DNA of 64,000 bases from positions 282,242 through 346,241 of the forward strand of contig CAWHXW010000003.1 in the NCBI GenBank assembly GCA_963833465.1, in the 5' to 3' direction. Made by a program: the position numbers and the translations under genes. This DNA comes from Ignavibacteriota bacterium. Lineage in GTDB: Bacteria; Bacteroidota; Ignavibacteria; UBA10030. The notes below the pieces were generated by a model. It saw only the letters and a program-made list of their open reading frames with translations, searched no databases and was not told where the DNA came from. Below, one piece after another: positions 1-11,295 of the stretch. Position 1 is the stretch's first letter. The number at the start of each line of letters is the position of its first letter.

Positions 1-224
1 CAGCTACAAGTAATTTTATGATTGGAGTAACCGCAGCAGCAAGTGCATTTATCTACTTTGCACACGGACATCTAAATCCTTTCATCGCCTCAATTACTAC
101 GCTTGGAGTGCTCGCAGGTTCGATAACTGGCATTAGTATTAGTAGAAAAATTCATAGTAAAGTATTAACCTGGATATTTATTATTGTGCTATTTGGCATT
201 TCTATTCAATTATTTTCAAGATAA
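1..224 (+). CDS. Sulfite exporter TauE/SafE family membrane protein, C-terminal part (5' end lies outside the window)
   Basis: Frame is open to window position 1. Hydrophobic C-terminal helices (GVTAAASAFIYFAHG...LGVLAGSITGISI...IFIIVLFGISIQLF) are typical of the TauE C-terminus. Confidence 0.5.
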   Translation, partial: ATSNFMIGVTAAASAFIYFAHGHLNPFIASITTLGVLAGSITGISISRKIHSKVLTWIFIIVLFGISIQLFSR

Positions 225-228
225 AACC

Positions 229-615
229 ATGTCAAACTCTTTTTCCATTTCGGCTAACACACAGGATAAAGCAGAACGCTGGGCAAGTCAAGTTCTCCGG
301 CTTGGCATATGGATCAGCGCCAGTTTGATGATTTTGGGATTGCTCATAGCAACGGTTTTTCCATCGTTAATTATTCCACTTTCAGAAAATCCATCACTTG
401 GAAACTTAGTTGAGCGCTTGTTTTCTATTAAATTTGATCCCGTAACTTTAACTTTTTCTGGACTTGTAATGCTTATGTTCACGCCTGTTTTTCGTGTTAT
501 CACTGCTGTATTTGGATTTATTGTTGAGAGAGATTGGCGATTTGCAATCGTTTCTTCAATTGTTTTGCTGATGTTGATTGGAGAAATTGTGTACTCAATT
601 TTCCTGAAAGGCTAA
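229..615 (+). CDS. DUF1634-family small membrane protein (commonly paired with TauE/SafE)
   Basis: ORF 184..615; likely start is the internal ATG at 229 (MSNSF...). Two hydrophobic segments. It sits directly downstream of TauE, as DUF1634 genes usually do. Confidence 0.45.
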   Translation: MSNSFSISANTQDKAERWASQVLRLGIWISASLMILGLLIATVFPSLIIPLSENPSLGNLVERLFSIKFDPVTLTFSGLVMLMFTPVFRVITAVFGFIVERDWRFAIVSSIVLLMLIGEIVYSIFLKG

Positions 616-620
616 AATAA

Positions 621-1433
621 ATGACATTTACACAACGGCTTCGTGAAATACAAATCAAACAAAATTCTCTTTTATGTATTGGGCTTGATGTAGATGCAGA
701 TAAAATTCCGACACATTTAAAATCTTTCGAGAACCCAGCACTGGAATTTAATCGTCAGATTATTGAAGCGACACATGATCTTGTCTGCGCATATAAACCT
801 AATCTTGCATTCTACGAAGCTATGGGCGAAAGGGGAATTTTGGCATTACGAGAAACATTGAAGCTTATTCCAAAATCTGTCTTTACTATCGGTGATGGAA
901 AACGCGGTGACATTGGAAACACATCCGAACGATATGCTAAATCACTTTTTGACGATTTCAGTTTCGATTCTGCAACAATAAATCCTTATATGGGTTTTGA
1001 TTCTGTTGAGCCCTTTTTGGCAAATTCAGAAAAAGGAATTTTTATTCTTGCGCTTACTTCTAATTTGGGTTCAAGAGATTTCCAGCGCCTAAAGGTTGGA
1101 ACGAAACCTTTATACGAAAAAGTAGTACGCACGGTAAAAAAGTGGAATAAGAATCAGAATATCGGTTTTGTTGTTGGTGCCACCCATCCAAAAGAATTGC
1201 AACGCATTCGTAATATCGTTCCTGATATGCCGATTCTCATTCCCGGCATTGGCAAACAAGGCGGCGATTTGAAGTCAGCAATTCGCTGCGGCTGTGATAA
1301 ACATGGGCAGCTTGCTGTAATCAATGCAAGCCGAAGTATTATTTATGCGTCGTCAGGGGAAGATTTTGCAAAAGCGGCAAGAGCGGAAGCAAAGAAAATG
1401 GTAGAAGAGATGAGAAAATGTACGCTTGGTTGA
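621..1433 (+). CDS. pyrF: Orotidine 5'-phosphate decarboxylase (type 2)
   Basis: 270 aa. N-terminal LLCIGLDVD motif and KxGDIGNT substrate-binding motif. Length fits type-2 OMP decarboxylase. Confidence 0.8.
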   Translation: MTFTQRLREIQIKQNSLLCIGLDVDADKIPTHLKSFENPALEFNRQIIEATHDLVCAYKPNLAFYEAMGERGILALRETLKLIPKSVFTIGDGKRGDIGNTSERYAKSLFDDFSFDSATINPYMGFDSVEPFLANSEKGIFILALTSNLGSRDFQRLKVGTKPLYEKVVRTVKKWNKNQNIGFVVGATHPKELQRIRNIVPDMPILIPGIGKQGGDLKSAIRCGCDKHGQLAVINASRSIIYASSGEDFAKAARAEAKKMVEEMRKCTLG

Positions 1434-1530
1434 ATAGAAATTATTCAAGAACATATTTATTTTGCGAATGAACGAATAATTCATTCAATCATACAATTAC
1501 CAAATCGCACATTAACATTCGGAGGCAAAT

Positions 1531-3033
1531 ATGTCGCGAGGTCCATATAATATTCATGAACGCTTTCTTCGGCACATTTGGAAGAAGCAGTATCTTGCCG
1601 CAAATCTACAGACTGCAGACGGCAAAACATTAAAAGTTTTAGATGTCGGTCGATTGAATCCCGATGGCGGACCGGATTTCTGTGATGTAAAAATAAAAAT
1701 TGACGGCATTACTTACTCGGGCGATGTTGAGATTCACAGAACAGTATTCGAATGGCTTCAGCACCAACATCAAGAAGATCCGCGTTACAACAAAGTTATT
1801 CTCCATGTTGTTCTGGAATCACTTAGTAATGCTCCAGCAACATTTGTCAACAGTGGAAGGCAGATTCCAATTCTTGTGCTCAGTCAATTTCTTTCAGATT
1901 CCATCCATACTATTTGGCAAAAAGCTATTCTAGATGAACGCGCAAAGAAATCAGAATCAATTCGGTGCTTTACCGAGAACAATACTTTGACTTCTGAAGT
2001 TATCGATCATTGGCTTGTAAAACTCGCTATTGAGCGGCTTGAATTAAAGCTTCGCCGGTTCGACGAAAGATTGAAACAACTTGCAATCGAGCGGTGCCTA
2101 TCTTTACGAGAGCGGCAACGACCTTATGGAAAGCTGCCATCAGAAGGCGAACACGATGAAATCCCGTCACCGATCCCAGAGTTGTTGCAAAAAGATTTTT
2201 CCAATAAAGAATTATGGGAACAATTACTATATGAAGGCATAATGGAAGGACTTGGTTACAGTAAAAATCAAGAATCATTTGTTAGGTTAGCAAGATGCTT
2301 GACATTGAAAGAAATATCCAATTATCAATTGGCAATTGATTATTCTATTTTGGAAGCTCTATTATTTGGTGTATCCGGTTTATTGCCAAAGAATTCAAAC
2401 CTAGAAGAGAAAGAAGCTCGCATATATGTACGCGGGATTAAAAAACGATGGAAAGAACTTCGTCCTCAATATCATGGTGAAATTCTTCATCCTGCCGACT
2501 GGCAATTTTTTCCAACGCGTCCTTCAAACTTTCCAACAATTCGAATTGTTGCTGCATGCTTAATTATCAAAGAGTTTTTAGTAAACGATCTTTTTCGTCG
2601 TACCATTCAAACACTAAAATCTAATATTTCTGCTGCAGAAAAGGAAAACAAATTAATTCAGTTTCTAAGAATTGAAACAACTGATTTTTGGAATCGCCAT
2701 TACAACTTCGATAAGACGGCATCAACAAATGTTACGGCGCTTGGCGATTCACGTATTAAGGAAATCATCATCAATGCTATTCTGCCAATTGCGCTGTTGT
2801 ATGCACGTATTTTCAAAGATAAAACTGTCCGTGAAGGCGCACTTGATGTGTACCAATCTCTTCCTGCATCCGAGAATAATTCTATCATCCGATTGATGGA
2901 AAAACAATTACTAAAAGGAAAAATGTTATTGAAGAATGTAAGCCGCCAGCAGGCAGTGATTCAACTTTATAAGTTCTATTGTGCAGAAGACCGGTGTTCT
3001 GATTGTGAATTTAGTTCAGTTTTAGCACGCTAA
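1531..3033 (+). CDS. DUF2851 family protein
   Basis: 500 aa. N-terminus ERFLRHIWKKQYL...DGGPDFCDVKIKIDG...GDVEIHRTVFEW matches the characteristic DUF2851 N-terminal signature of Bacteroidota. Good RBS (ggagg). Confidence 0.6.
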   Translation: MSRGPYNIHERFLRHIWKKQYLAANLQTADGKTLKVLDVGRLNPDGGPDFCDVKIKIDGITYSGDVEIHRTVFEWLQHQHQEDPRYNKVILHVVLESLSNAPATFVNSGRQIPILVLSQFLSDSIHTIWQKAILDERAKKSESIRCFTENNTLTSEVIDHWLVKLAIERLELKLRRFDERLKQLAIERCLSLRERQRPYGKLPSEGEHDEIPSPIPELLQKDFSNKELWEQLLYEGIMEGLGYSKNQESFVRLARCLTLKEISNYQLAIDYSILEALLFGVSGLLPKNSNLEEKEARIYVRGIKKRWKELRPQYHGEILHPADWQFFPTRPSNFPTIRIVAACLIIKEFLVNDLFRRTIQTLKSNISAAEKENKLIQFLRIETTDFWNRHYNFDKTASTNVTALGDSRIKEIIINAILPIALLYARIFKDKTVREGALDVYQSLPASENNSIIRLMEKQLLKGKMLLKNVSRQQAVIQLYKFYCAEDRCSDCEFSSVLAR

Positions 3034-3077
3034 ACTTCAATTCTTTGTCTTTCTTGTTTTTACCTAATAACAATATG

Positions 3078-3111
3078 AAGCCCGTATTAAAAATTCTAAC
3101 ACGGGCTTTTT
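3078..3111. terminator. Bidirectional rho-independent terminator between convergent DUF2851 (+) and glnN (-)
   Basis: Hairpin gaagcccgt-N16-acgggct followed by TTTTT on the + strand and preceded by an A-run (T-run for the - strand). Confidence 0.6.
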
Positions 3112-3132
3112 GATTTACGATATTTATGAATA

Positions 3133-5241
3133 TCAAATATTGAAAAGCAAATCGGCGTATGTTGGCATTTGCCAGATATCTGCATCCACAAGTGTTTCCA
3201 ATATATCGCCATCAACTCGCAACTTTGCCATTGCAACAAAAACGACATCCCGATAATATTGAGCGTGTTTCAAGGCGTCGTCTCCATGGTTAACTTTATT
3301 AAGTGCAAATTCAAGTGCTTCAATATTTTTACCAAAAGAATCAATAGCCGTTGTTAATTTCGACAATAAATCTTCTGCATATTTTACTTTCGAAGCAACA
3401 TTTTTCAATGAAGCGATAGTTGAAGCAACCTGTCCTGCGAAGGCAAGAGATGCCGGTAAAATTTGACGCTTTGATATTTCTAACATTGTCAATGCTTCAA
3501 TATTTACCGTTTTTGAATAATTCTCAAGATAGATTTCATAACGCGAATGCAATTCTTCTTTACTCAAGACAGAATGTTTTTCGTATATCTTAACTGATTT
3601 TTCACTGATCAATATAGGAATGGCTGCAACTGTTGATGTAATATTTGGTAATCCGCGTTTTTCTGCGTCCTTTACCCATTCATCTGTATAATTGTTGCCA
3701 TTGAAAATGACACGTTTGTGTTTCTTCACAATTTCAGTCACAATATTTTGAACTTCAATATCGACATCTTTCGCATTTTCCAAACGAGTTGCAATACGCG
3801 ACAAAATTTCTGCCGCAATCGTATTCAAAGCAGTATTTGGCTCTGCGATTGAAGCCGAAGAACCTACCATACGGAATTCGAATTTATTGCCAGTGAAAGC
3901 AAAAGGTGATGTTCGATTTCGATCTGTAGAATCTTTTGGCAATGCAGGCAGTGTTGTAACACCCAGCTTCAATTCACCGCCGACTTTGGAAGATTTCGCA
4001 CCGCCATTTTCAATTTGCTCCAAAATATCAGTCAACTGCTCACCAAGAAAAATAGAGATAATAGCCGGAGGTGCTTCATTTGCTCCAAGCCGATGATCGT
4101 TTCCCGGGTTGGCAGTTGAAACACGCAACAGATCTGCATATTCATCTACAGCTTGAATGACAGCAGCTAGAAATAAAAGAAATTGCTCGTTATCATGCGG
4201 TGTTTTTCCAGGATCAAGTAAATTCTGTCCATCATTCGCTGCCATTGACCAGTTGTTATGTTTACCTGAACCATTGATACCTGCAAACGGTTTTTCATGA
4301 AGCAAGCAAACCAATCCATGACGATTTGCAACTTTCTTCAAGGTTTCCATCATAAGCTGATTATGATCGGTGGCAATGTTAGTAGTTGTATAGATAGGAG
4401 CAAGTTCATGTTGAGCCGGTGCGACTTCGTTATGCTTTGTCTTAGCCAGCACTCCAAGTTTCCAAAGCTCCTGATCCGATTCCGCCATGAATGCAGCAAT
4501 CCGCTCTTTCAAATTACCGAAGTAATGATCTTCTAACTCTTGACCTTTTGGCGGTTTTGCACCAAAGAGAGTTCGTCCTGTAAGAACGAGATCTTTCCTT
4601 TTTTCATATAATTTTTTGTCAATAACAAAATATTCCTGCTCAGGTCCAACCATTGCGACAACACGAGTCGCTGTTGTATTGCCTAACAACCTGAGAACAC
4701 GAATAGCTTGTTTTGAAAGAGCTTCCATTGATCTTAGAAGCGGAGTTTTTTTATCGAGCGCTTCACCAGTGTAAGAACAAAACGCTGTAGGAATGCATAG
4801 AGTATTATCTTTAAAGAATGCCGGAGATGTACAATCCCATGCTGTATATCCGCGCGCTTCAAATGTGGAACGCAACCCACCTGACGGAAAGGACGAAGCA
4901 TCCGGTTCGCCTTTAATTAATTCTTTGCCGGAGAATTCCATAATGATGCGTCCATCGCCGATCGGAGAAACAAAAGAATCATGCTTCTCAGCTGTAATTC
5001 CAGTCATCGGTTGAAACCAGTGTGTGAAATGTGTTGCGCCTTTTTCTATAGCCCAATCTTTCATTGCGTTGGCTACGATATCAGCAACCTCCGGAGCGAG
5101 TGGTAAACCCTCATCAATAGTTTTTCTTAGCGCTTTATAAATGTTTTTAGGCAACCTGGCATGCATAACCACATCGTTAAATACATTGCTTGCAAAAGTA
5201 TTTTCTAATGATTCTTTTAATACTAAGTCGTTTTTCTCCAT
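3133..5241 (-). CDS. glnN: Glutamine synthetase type III
   Basis: 702 aa. N-terminus ([26 protein letters not shown]...) is strongly similar to the Bacteroides-type GSIII N-terminus (recalled from memory, not an alignment). Size matches GSIII (~700-730 aa). Confidence 0.85.
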   Translation of the reverse strand: MEKNDLVLKESLENTFASNVFNDVVMHARLPKNIYKALRKTIDEGLPLAPEVADIVANAMKDWAIEKGATHFTHWFQPMTGITAEKHDSFVSPIGDGRIIMEFSGKELIKGEPDASSFPSGGLRSTFEARGYTAWDCTSPAFFKDNTLCIPTAFCSYTGEALDKKTPLLRSMEALSKQAIRVLRLLGNTTATRVVAMVGPEQEYFVIDKKLYEKRKDLVLTGRTLFGAKPPKGQELEDHYFGNLKERIAAFMAESDQELWKLGVLAKTKHNEVAPAQHELAPIYTTTNIATDHNQLMMETLKKVANRHGLVCLLHEKPFAGINGSGKHNNWSMAANDGQNLLDPGKTPHDNEQFLLFLAAVIQAVDEYADLLRVSTANPGNDHRLGANEAPPAIISIFLGEQLTDILEQIENGGAKSSKVGGELKLGVTTLPALPKDSTDRNRTSPFAFTGNKFEFRMVGSSASIAEPNTALNTIAAEILSRIATRLENAKDVDIEVQNIVTEIVKKHKRVIFNGNNYTDEWVKDAEKRGLPNITSTVAAIPILISEKSVKIYEKHSVLSKEELHSRYEIYLENYSKTVNIEALTMLEISKRQILPASLAFAGQVASTIASLKNVASKVKYAEDLLSKLTTAIDSFGKNIEALEFALNKVNHGDDALKHAQYYRDVVFVAMAKLRVDGDILETLVDADIWQMPTYADLLFNI

Positions 5242-5562
5242 CTATACACTTCTCCTTAAGATTCAATTATTATTACTTGTTGATTTTTAGTACAAAATAA
5301 TTTTATTGATTTAATAAATAGACAAATTTAATTTCATTCTGAAAATCATGCATAATATTTTTTCTCTATAATAATATACAAGTTAAACATAGATTTTTAA
5401 TTGCAGTATTAACAAAACGTGATTACCCATTTGCGTAAAATATTGAACACTAATATATTAATAAATCTGAATATTTTCCATTGTATTTTTATTATCATAT
5501 GATCCCAGTCCCTGACTGTTTAGGGGATGTTATTATTTTCTCACATATAGTTCAAATAAGAA

Positions 5563-5614
5563 GGGTCAAAAAAGAACCCATGGTCATAGGTTACTTCCTG
5601 CAACCATGGGTTTC
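5563..5614 (-). terminator. Rho-independent terminator downstream of glnA
   Basis: Inverted repeat aacccatgg...ccatgggtt (5575-5583 / 5605-5613). On the minus strand it is followed by cttttttga, a T-tract. It lies ~22 nt after the glnA stop. Confidence 0.5.
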
Positions 5615-5635
5615 TGAGATAATTTTGTAGTCTTT

Positions 5636-7051
5636 TTAATTGTCGTAATACAAATGAAACTCATACGGGTGCGGACGGAGATGCATTTCATCAATTTCTT
5701 TTTCCCTCTTCCATGTAATCCATGCATCAATAAGATCATCTGTAAAGACATTTCCTTTTTTCAAAAATGCATTGTCGTTCTCTAATGCTATAATAGCTTC
5801 TTCTAATGAGCCAGGTGTTTTAGGAGTTGACTTCAGTTCATCTCTTGTCATTTCATAAATATCTCTATCAAGCGGCTTTCCCGGATCGATTTTATTTTGA
5901 ATTCCATCTACTGCTGCCATCATTATTGCAGAAAATGTAAGATATCCGTTACAGCTTGGATCGGGGCAACGGAACTCCACACGCTTTGCTTTTGGATTTG
6001 GAGTATACATTGGAATTCGACATGAAGCCGATCTGTTTCTTGCTGAATAAGCTAAATTTACAGGTGCTTCAAATCCAGGGACGAGCCTTCTGTACGAGTT
6101 TGTTGTTGGAGCAGCAAACGCGAGAATAGCTGGTGCATGTTTTAAAACACCGCCTATAGCATATAGAGCTAATTCGCTTAATCCGGCATATTTATCTCCA
6201 GCAAATAATGGTTTGCCTTCTTTCCAAAAAGAGAAATGCGTATGCATACCGCTTCCATTATCTTGAAAGATCGGTTTAGCCATGAATGTTACACTTTTAT
6301 TATTTTTCTTAGCGACATTTTTACAAATATATTTATACCACATGAGTTGATCTGCCATCTTCAACAGGTTTGTAAATTTCATATCTATTTCACTTTGCCC
6401 CGCCGTTGCTACTTCATGATGATGCGCTTCAATTATTATACCTATTTTGCGCATTTCGTAAACCATTTCTCCGCGAAGATCATGGAAGGTGTCTGTGGGA
6501 CTAACCGGAAAGTAACCCCCTTTAAAACTCGGTTTGTACCCAAGGTTCGGTTCTTCAAATCGGGCTGAGTTCCAAGCACCTTCTTTTGAATCAATTTCAT
6601 AGCTGCCTCGATGCTGATTCTGTTCATAACGAACTTCATCAAAAATAAAAAATTCTGGTTCCGGTCCGATATAACACGTATCGGCAATTTTGGATTGCTT
6701 TAAATATTCTTCCGCCTTTCTAGCTATATAACGTGGATCACGTGTATATTTTCCTTTAGTGACTGGGTCGACAATATCTGCGATAATACTTACCGTCGGT
6801 TTAGCGAAAAAAGGATCTAAGCAAAATGTATTTGGATCGGGTACTGCCATCATATCCGACATGTGGATTCCCTGCCACCCTCGAATGGATGAGCCATCAA
6901 ATCCTAGTCCTTCCACAAAAGTATCTTCATCAAGCACATCAATGGGAAAGCTGCAATGCTGCCAACTTCCTAGGAGATCGACAAATTTTAAATCTATCAT
7001 TTCTGAGTTGTTCTTCTTTGCAAATTCAAAAAAATCTTTTGGCGTTGCCAT
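5636..7051 (-). CDS. glnA: Glutamine synthetase type I
   Basis: 471 aa. Beta-grasp N-domain, catalytic region with the GSGMHTHFS motif and the C-terminal adenylylation-loop region typical of GSI. Confidence 0.85.
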   Translation of the reverse strand: MATPKDFFEFAKKNNSEMIDLKFVDLLGSWQHCSFPIDVLDEDTFVEGLGFDGSSIRGWQGIHMSDMMAVPDPNTFCLDPFFAKPTVSIIADIVDPVTKGKYTRDPRYIARKAEEYLKQSKIADTCYIGPEPEFFIFDEVRYEQNQHRGSYEIDSKEGAWNSARFEEPNLGYKPSFKGGYFPVSPTDTFHDLRGEMVYEMRKIGIIIEAHHHEVATAGQSEIDMKFTNLLKMADQLMWYKYICKNVAKKNNKSVTFMAKPIFQDNGSGMHTHFSFWKEGKPLFAGDKYAGLSELALYAIGGVLKHAPAILAFAAPTTNSYRRLVPGFEAPVNLAYSARNRSASCRIPMYTPNPKAKRVEFRCPDPSCNGYLTFSAIMMAAVDGIQNKIDPGKPLDRDIYEMTRDELKSTPKTPGSLEEAIIALENDNAFLKKGNVFTDDLIDAWITWKREKEIDEMHLRPHPYEFHLYYDN

Positions 7052-7275
7052 ACATTATCTCCTTTGCTTATTTAAGTGTATTACGTTATTTAATTAAGGT
7101 CTAATTAATAATAACATAAATTATTAACGTAATCAAGTATTCTAACAAATTATTTATTGTTGATGCTAATTTGATAACAGCTTCCAAGCAGTTATGACTT
7201 TAAATAAAATCTGTATTTGAAATTACAAGATGAAGTATGAAAATTGGTTTTTGTTATTCAAAGTTATATCTATAT

Positions 7276-7310
7276 ATGCAATTGGATTGCATTTATTGCA
7301 ATAATGCATT
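7276..7310. promoter_or_regulatory. Array of helically phased TGCA-containing half-sites (ATGCAAT-tgg-ATTGCAT-ttATTGCAATAATGCATT); candidate operator in the glnA / sensor-kinase divergent region
   Basis: Perfect 7-bp inverted arms with a 3-nt spacer at 7276-7292, then two more related half-sites at ~10-bp spacing. Confidence 0.35.
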
Positions 7311-7358
7311 GGCTTTGAATAAAGCTTCTTAAAAAAAATTTATGATTATCAAAAATAT

Positions 7359-7371
7359 CTGATAATATCAG
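7359..7371. promoter_or_regulatory. Perfect 13-bp palindrome ctgataAtatcag ~55 bp upstream of the sensor kinase start; candidate operator
   Basis: Exact self-complementary sequence seen directly. Confidence 0.3.
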
Positions 7372-7426
7372 CAATTACCGATTAGTTTTTGTATTATTAC
7401 TACTGTGTCTTGCCAATCTCCGAACC

Positions 7427-8867
7427 TTGATGTACCTTTCATATAGCAATATGCCTGAATCGTCTAATTTTTTTTCACAATATGGGCGTGTCGTCGATTT
7501 GTTGCCCGAGATGGTGCTTATCCTGAATGATGAAAACAGGATTCTAGACGCCAATAAAACAGCCGTCGATGAATTAGGAGTGGTCGTTCAACCACCACAG
7601 CCGAAATTCATTTTTGACATTTTACCGAAAGACGAGCGGAATATCCTTAGAAACTTACTTCCGTTTTCTGATAAACTAAATTTGGAAACTAAGTTTCTTA
7701 AGAAAGATGGATCGGTGATAGATGTAACGGGAATTGTACGTGTGTTGCATTCAGGTCAAACGAAGTACTGCGTGTTGGTAATGCGCGATGTAACAGAAGG
7801 AAAGCGGAAAGAATTAGATCTGCTCCGGTTCTCTAACGTCATCCATAATACTATTAATCCCATTCAAATCAGCGATGCAAATGGAACAATGGTTTATGTC
7901 AATCCAGCTTTTGAAAAAGTAACCGGTTATAGCAATGCAGAATTAATTGGAAAAAATCCAAATATTTTAGATAGTAACAAGCAAAATAAAGATTTTTGGT
8001 CATCTGTCTGGAAACATATTATTTCTGGTAAAGTGTGGGTCGGAAGAATCGAAAATCGTAGAAAAGATGGAACACCGTTTTTTACTGAGCTTGTCATTTC
8101 ACCAATTGTCGACTCGCATGGTAAAATTGCAGGTTATCTTGGAGCGCATCGCGATATTACGGAACAAATCATTTTAGAGCAGCGGCTCGTTCGTTCACAG
8201 CGTATGGAAAGTATAGGCACACTCGCGGCCGGTATCGCGCACGAAGTTGGCAACCCGCTCACTGCCATTTCATCGCTTGTACAAGTTATTCAACGTACGA
8301 GCAAAGATGAATTCGCCAAAGAAAAATTAGAATTGATCAACAGTCAAGTCAACCGTATCACTCGTATTATCCGCGAGCTGGTAGATTTTTCGCGTCCTTC
8401 TGTGCATGTGGTAAAGCCGACTAATATCAACCGAATTGTTAAAGAGGCGTTGAACATTGTTCAGTATGGAAAAAAAGTCAAAAACATCACATTTACACTC
8501 GATCTGGACGAACAACTTCCTGAAATTATTGCGGTTCCAGATCAGATTGTTCAGGTCTTTATCAATATTCTGATGAACGCCGTAGACTCATTGGATGAAC
8601 GTCATGGTTACAATTGATGTACATAGCCGTAAGAATGAACGTACCATTGAAGTGATAATACATGATACAGGAAAAGGAATTGAATCTTCAGCATTAGAAA
8701 AAATCTTCGAACCATTCTACACAACAAAAACAACAGGTCAAGGAACGGGTTTGGGGTTATGGGTAAGTTACGGCATTGTAAAAAGTTTTGGCGGCGATGT
8801 ATTTGTTGAAAGTGTTCTAGAAAAAGGAAGCACCTTTACCGTCTCATTCCCTTGGAAGGATGTCTAA
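7427..8867 (+). CDS. PAS-domain sensor histidine kinase (two PAS + HisKA + HATPase_c), interrupted by a +1 frame shift near 8600
   Basis: ORF 7427..8617 carries two PAS domains and an H-box ([11 protein letters not shown]). ORF 8595..8867 in the +1 frame carries the G1/G2 boxes (HDTGKGI...[11 protein letters not shown]). Removing one G at catGGttac restores ...[13 protein letters not shown]. Confidence 0.7.
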
Positions 8868-10228
8868 TGACAAAGCGCATATTAGTAGTTGATGATGAAC
8901 AAATAATACGTGAACCACTCTCTTTCATTTTGATGAAAGAAGGATTCAATGTCGATGAAGCAACAAATGGAAAAGACGCACTGGCGAAACACGAGACAAA
9001 TCCATTTGATATTATTATAACTGATATTGAAATGCCGGAGATGAAAGGAGTGGAATTACTGAAACAGATTCGTCAGCGAACGCCACAAACTTTGGTAGTT
9101 ATTATTACAGCATTTGGATCTATAGAGACAGCAGTGACGGCGCTGCGTGAAGGTGCTGCGGATTATATTTTGAAGCCGATTAATTTTGATGACCTGCTTT
9201 ATCGCGTAAAGAAGCTTTGCGAATACCATGCGCTAATTGTTGAAAATTCTCTTTTGCGTCAAGAGCTCCAACGTACCTTTGACTTCGATCAAATAATAGG
9301 GCAGAGTATGCCGATGAAGAAAGTATTCGAGGTTATTAAGCGCGTCGCAAACAGCGAAGGCACTGTTTTGATAACCGGCAAAAGCGGTACAGGAAAAGAA
9401 ATTGTTGCGCGCGCTATTCACTATAATAGTCCGAGGCGCGAAAAACGCTTTATGCCTATCAATTGCGGTGCAATAGTCGAATCACTTTTTGAAAGTGAAC
9501 TCTTCGGCCATAAAAAAGGATCATTCACTGGCGCAACAGTAGATAAAGATGGATTGTTAAAAGTTGCTGAAGGCGGTACTGTATTTCTTGATGAAGTAAG
9601 CGAAATTCCAATTCAACTTCAGGTTAAATTGTTACGCGCACTTGAGCAGAGAGAAATTACACCTGTTGGCATGACAGAACCGATCAAAATAGATGTACGA
9701 ATTATTGCTGCAACAAATCGAGATTTGCGCAAAGAAGTTGAGAATGGCAAATTCCGGGACGATCTTTATTATCGGTTGAATGTTGTTGAAATCGATTTGC
9801 CATCACTCAAAGAACGTCTTGGTGATATTCCCATTCTTGCACAACATTTTCTCGATGTATTTAAAAAGCAAATGAGCAAACCAATTCAGGGATTTGCTAA
9901 CGAAGCGATGCATGCATTACTTCAGTATCAATGGAAAGGCGAAGTAAGAGAATTGGAAAATGTTATTGAACGAGCTGTCATATTTTGCGATGGAGACTTT
10001 ATCGGACTCAAACATCTTCCTGAATATATAAGGCCTAAAGAAGATATTTCGTCTTTGTCCTCTGGTCAAGGGACACTTAAGGATGCAGTTAAGAATTTTG
10101 AACGGCAATTTATTCAACAAACGCTTTCAGCTTATGGGCAAAACAAAGAAACCGCAGCTAAGGCTTTGGGAGTTAGCCTATCTTCCCTCTATCGTAAAAT
10201 AGGAGAGCTGCAAATTCCGACCCATTAA
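8867..10228 (+). CDS. Sigma-54-dependent response regulator (REC + AAA+ sigma-54 activator + Fis-type HTH), NtrC family
   Basis: N-terminus [11 protein letters not shown]; Walker A GKSGTGKE; GSFTGA (GAFTGA variant); C-terminal HTH. The ATG at 8867 overlaps the kinase stop (taATGa). Confidence 0.85.
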   Translation: MTKRILVVDDEQIIREPLSFILMKEGFNVDEATNGKDALAKHETNPFDIIITDIEMPEMKGVELLKQIRQRTPQTLVVIITAFGSIETAVTALREGAADYILKPINFDDLLYRVKKLCEYHALIVENSLLRQELQRTFDFDQIIGQSMPMKKVFEVIKRVANSEGTVLITGKSGTGKEIVARAIHYNSPRREKRFMPINCGAIVESLFESELFGHKKGSFTGATVDKDGLLKVAEGGTVFLDEVSEIPIQLQVKLLRALEQREITPVGMTEPIKIDVRIIAATNRDLRKEVENGKFRDDLYYRLNVVEIDLPSLKERLGDIPILAQHFLDVFKKQMSKPIQGFANEAMHALLQYQWKGEVRELENVIERAVIFCDGDFIGLKHLPEYIRPKEDISSLSSGQGTLKDAVKNFERQFIQQTLSAYGQNKETAAKALGVSLSSLYRKIGELQIPTH

Positions 10229-10414
10229 ATAGAATTGCCTGTTTGTCTTGTTAAATTTTTCTTATAGATTGCCTTTGAAAAAAGGTTCAATTCTTCTAAT
10301 TTATAAGAAACTCTTGTAAACCGACTTCCCAAAATCTGCAAACAAGTAGAACGAAGTTTCCTTGCTCTATAAAATCAAACACAATTTACTAGCTTAAGTT
10401 ACATTAGTAATTAC

Positions 10415-10430
10415 TGGCACAATCCTTGCG
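10415..10430 (+). promoter_or_regulatory. Sigma-54 (-24/-12) promoter TGGCAC-aatcc-TTGCg
   Basis: Exact consensus GG and GC elements with the canonical 12-nt spacing. It lies ~40 nt upstream of the small ORF at 10471 and immediately downstream of the sigma-54 activator gene. Confidence 0.65.
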
Positions 10431-10470
10431 ACATCTTTGCTAACATTTACATATTCAATAAAAGGAAAAA

Positions 10471-10659
10471 ATGAAGTTACGATGGTGGTTTGTTGGATTA
10501 GTTGCTGTTGCTGCCGGCAGCATTTTTATGGTTAAGCATAGGGTAGATAACAAGAGAATGTCTCTTAATTTTGTCGATACCGACGATAAAAAAAGTCTTA
10601 ATAGGTTTCCACATGAAATTATAGAGACTGAATTTGATGGCATGGATTTTTCAGCATAA
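10471..10659 (+). CDS. Small hypothetical membrane-anchored protein (62 aa)
   Basis: Strong RBS (aaaaggaaaaaATG). N-terminal TM helix WWFVGLVAVAAGSIFMV, acidic C-terminal tail. First ORF after the sigma-54 promoter. Confidence 0.4.
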   Translation: MKLRWWFVGLVAVAAGSIFMVKHRVDNKRMSLNFVDTDDKKSLNRFPHEIIETEFDGMDFSA

Positions 10660-10699
10660 CTTTATTAAATAAAGTTATAGGACTAAAGGAAACATTAGT

Positions 10700-11122
10700 A
10701 TGTCCAATGATGCAACAATAATTTCGCATGACAAGCCGTTGAAGTCATCAAGTTCTATCATTTCACAAAAGCGCGTTCTTGTTTTTAGTCCGGATACAGA
10801 TTTGGCACGGTTTCTTTTACTAAATCTCGAAGATAAATTCCAGATTGTGCGCGAGCACAAATTGGATTACTTTGAACAAACAGTTAAAGAATTTCTACCA
10901 GATTTAATTTTAATCGATCTATTTACTTTTTCTTCAGACATCGTTAAACAGATCGATATCGTGCGTCGAACAGCAATTACAATCCCAATCATAGTCCTGC
11001 GCGCATATATGTACCTTACACCTGAGATGAATAAATCAATTGATGATATTACGGATGTAGTATTCTATAAGCCGGTTGATGTAGAACTTATCACACAAGC
11101 AATTGAGGATTTGTTGAAATAA
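10700..11122 (+). CDS. Receiver (REC)-like single-domain protein with a degenerate acidic pocket
   Basis: CheY-like fold signature (VLVFSPD...DLILIDL...IPIIVL...YKPVD). The phospho-acceptor Asp and the Lys are present, but the N-terminal DD pair is replaced by SPD and the T/S position is altered. Confidence 0.5.
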   Translation: MSNDATIISHDKPLKSSSSIISQKRVLVFSPDTDLARFLLLNLEDKFQIVREHKLDYFEQTVKEFLPDLILIDLFTFSSDIVKQIDIVRRTAITIPIIVLRAYMYLTPEMNKSIDDITDVVFYKPVDVELITQAIEDLLK

Positions 11123-11295
11123 GTATTAAAACCGATAGTTAATGATGCCTTTAGTTTCGAAGCAAGTTAGCAAGCTATAGTTTTTTGGGTTAATGGAAAA
11201 ATTTTTAGAATATATGGCCAATGGTTGACACACTAAATTAACAAATCGCAATAGTTTATTTTTTATAATGGTAGAACATTCTCGCAGGTATACAT

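Noticed and set aside
288-503. Numerous 60-140 aa ORFs antisense to or overlapping strong CDSs (e.g. 288-503, 1700-1933, 6236-6568, 20597-20894, 21056-21486, 26727-27245, 46263-46679, 53883-54239)
   Set aside because: These are shadow ORFs inside well-supported genes. They have low-complexity or odd composition, no RBS, and no independent support.
11205-11260. TGGCCA...TTGACA and a TATAAT-like hexamer upstream of hydB as an independent promoter
   Set aside because: There is no GC at the -12 position for sigma-54. The TTGACA to TATAAT spacing is ~34 nt, too long for sigma-70. Not supportable from sequence alone.
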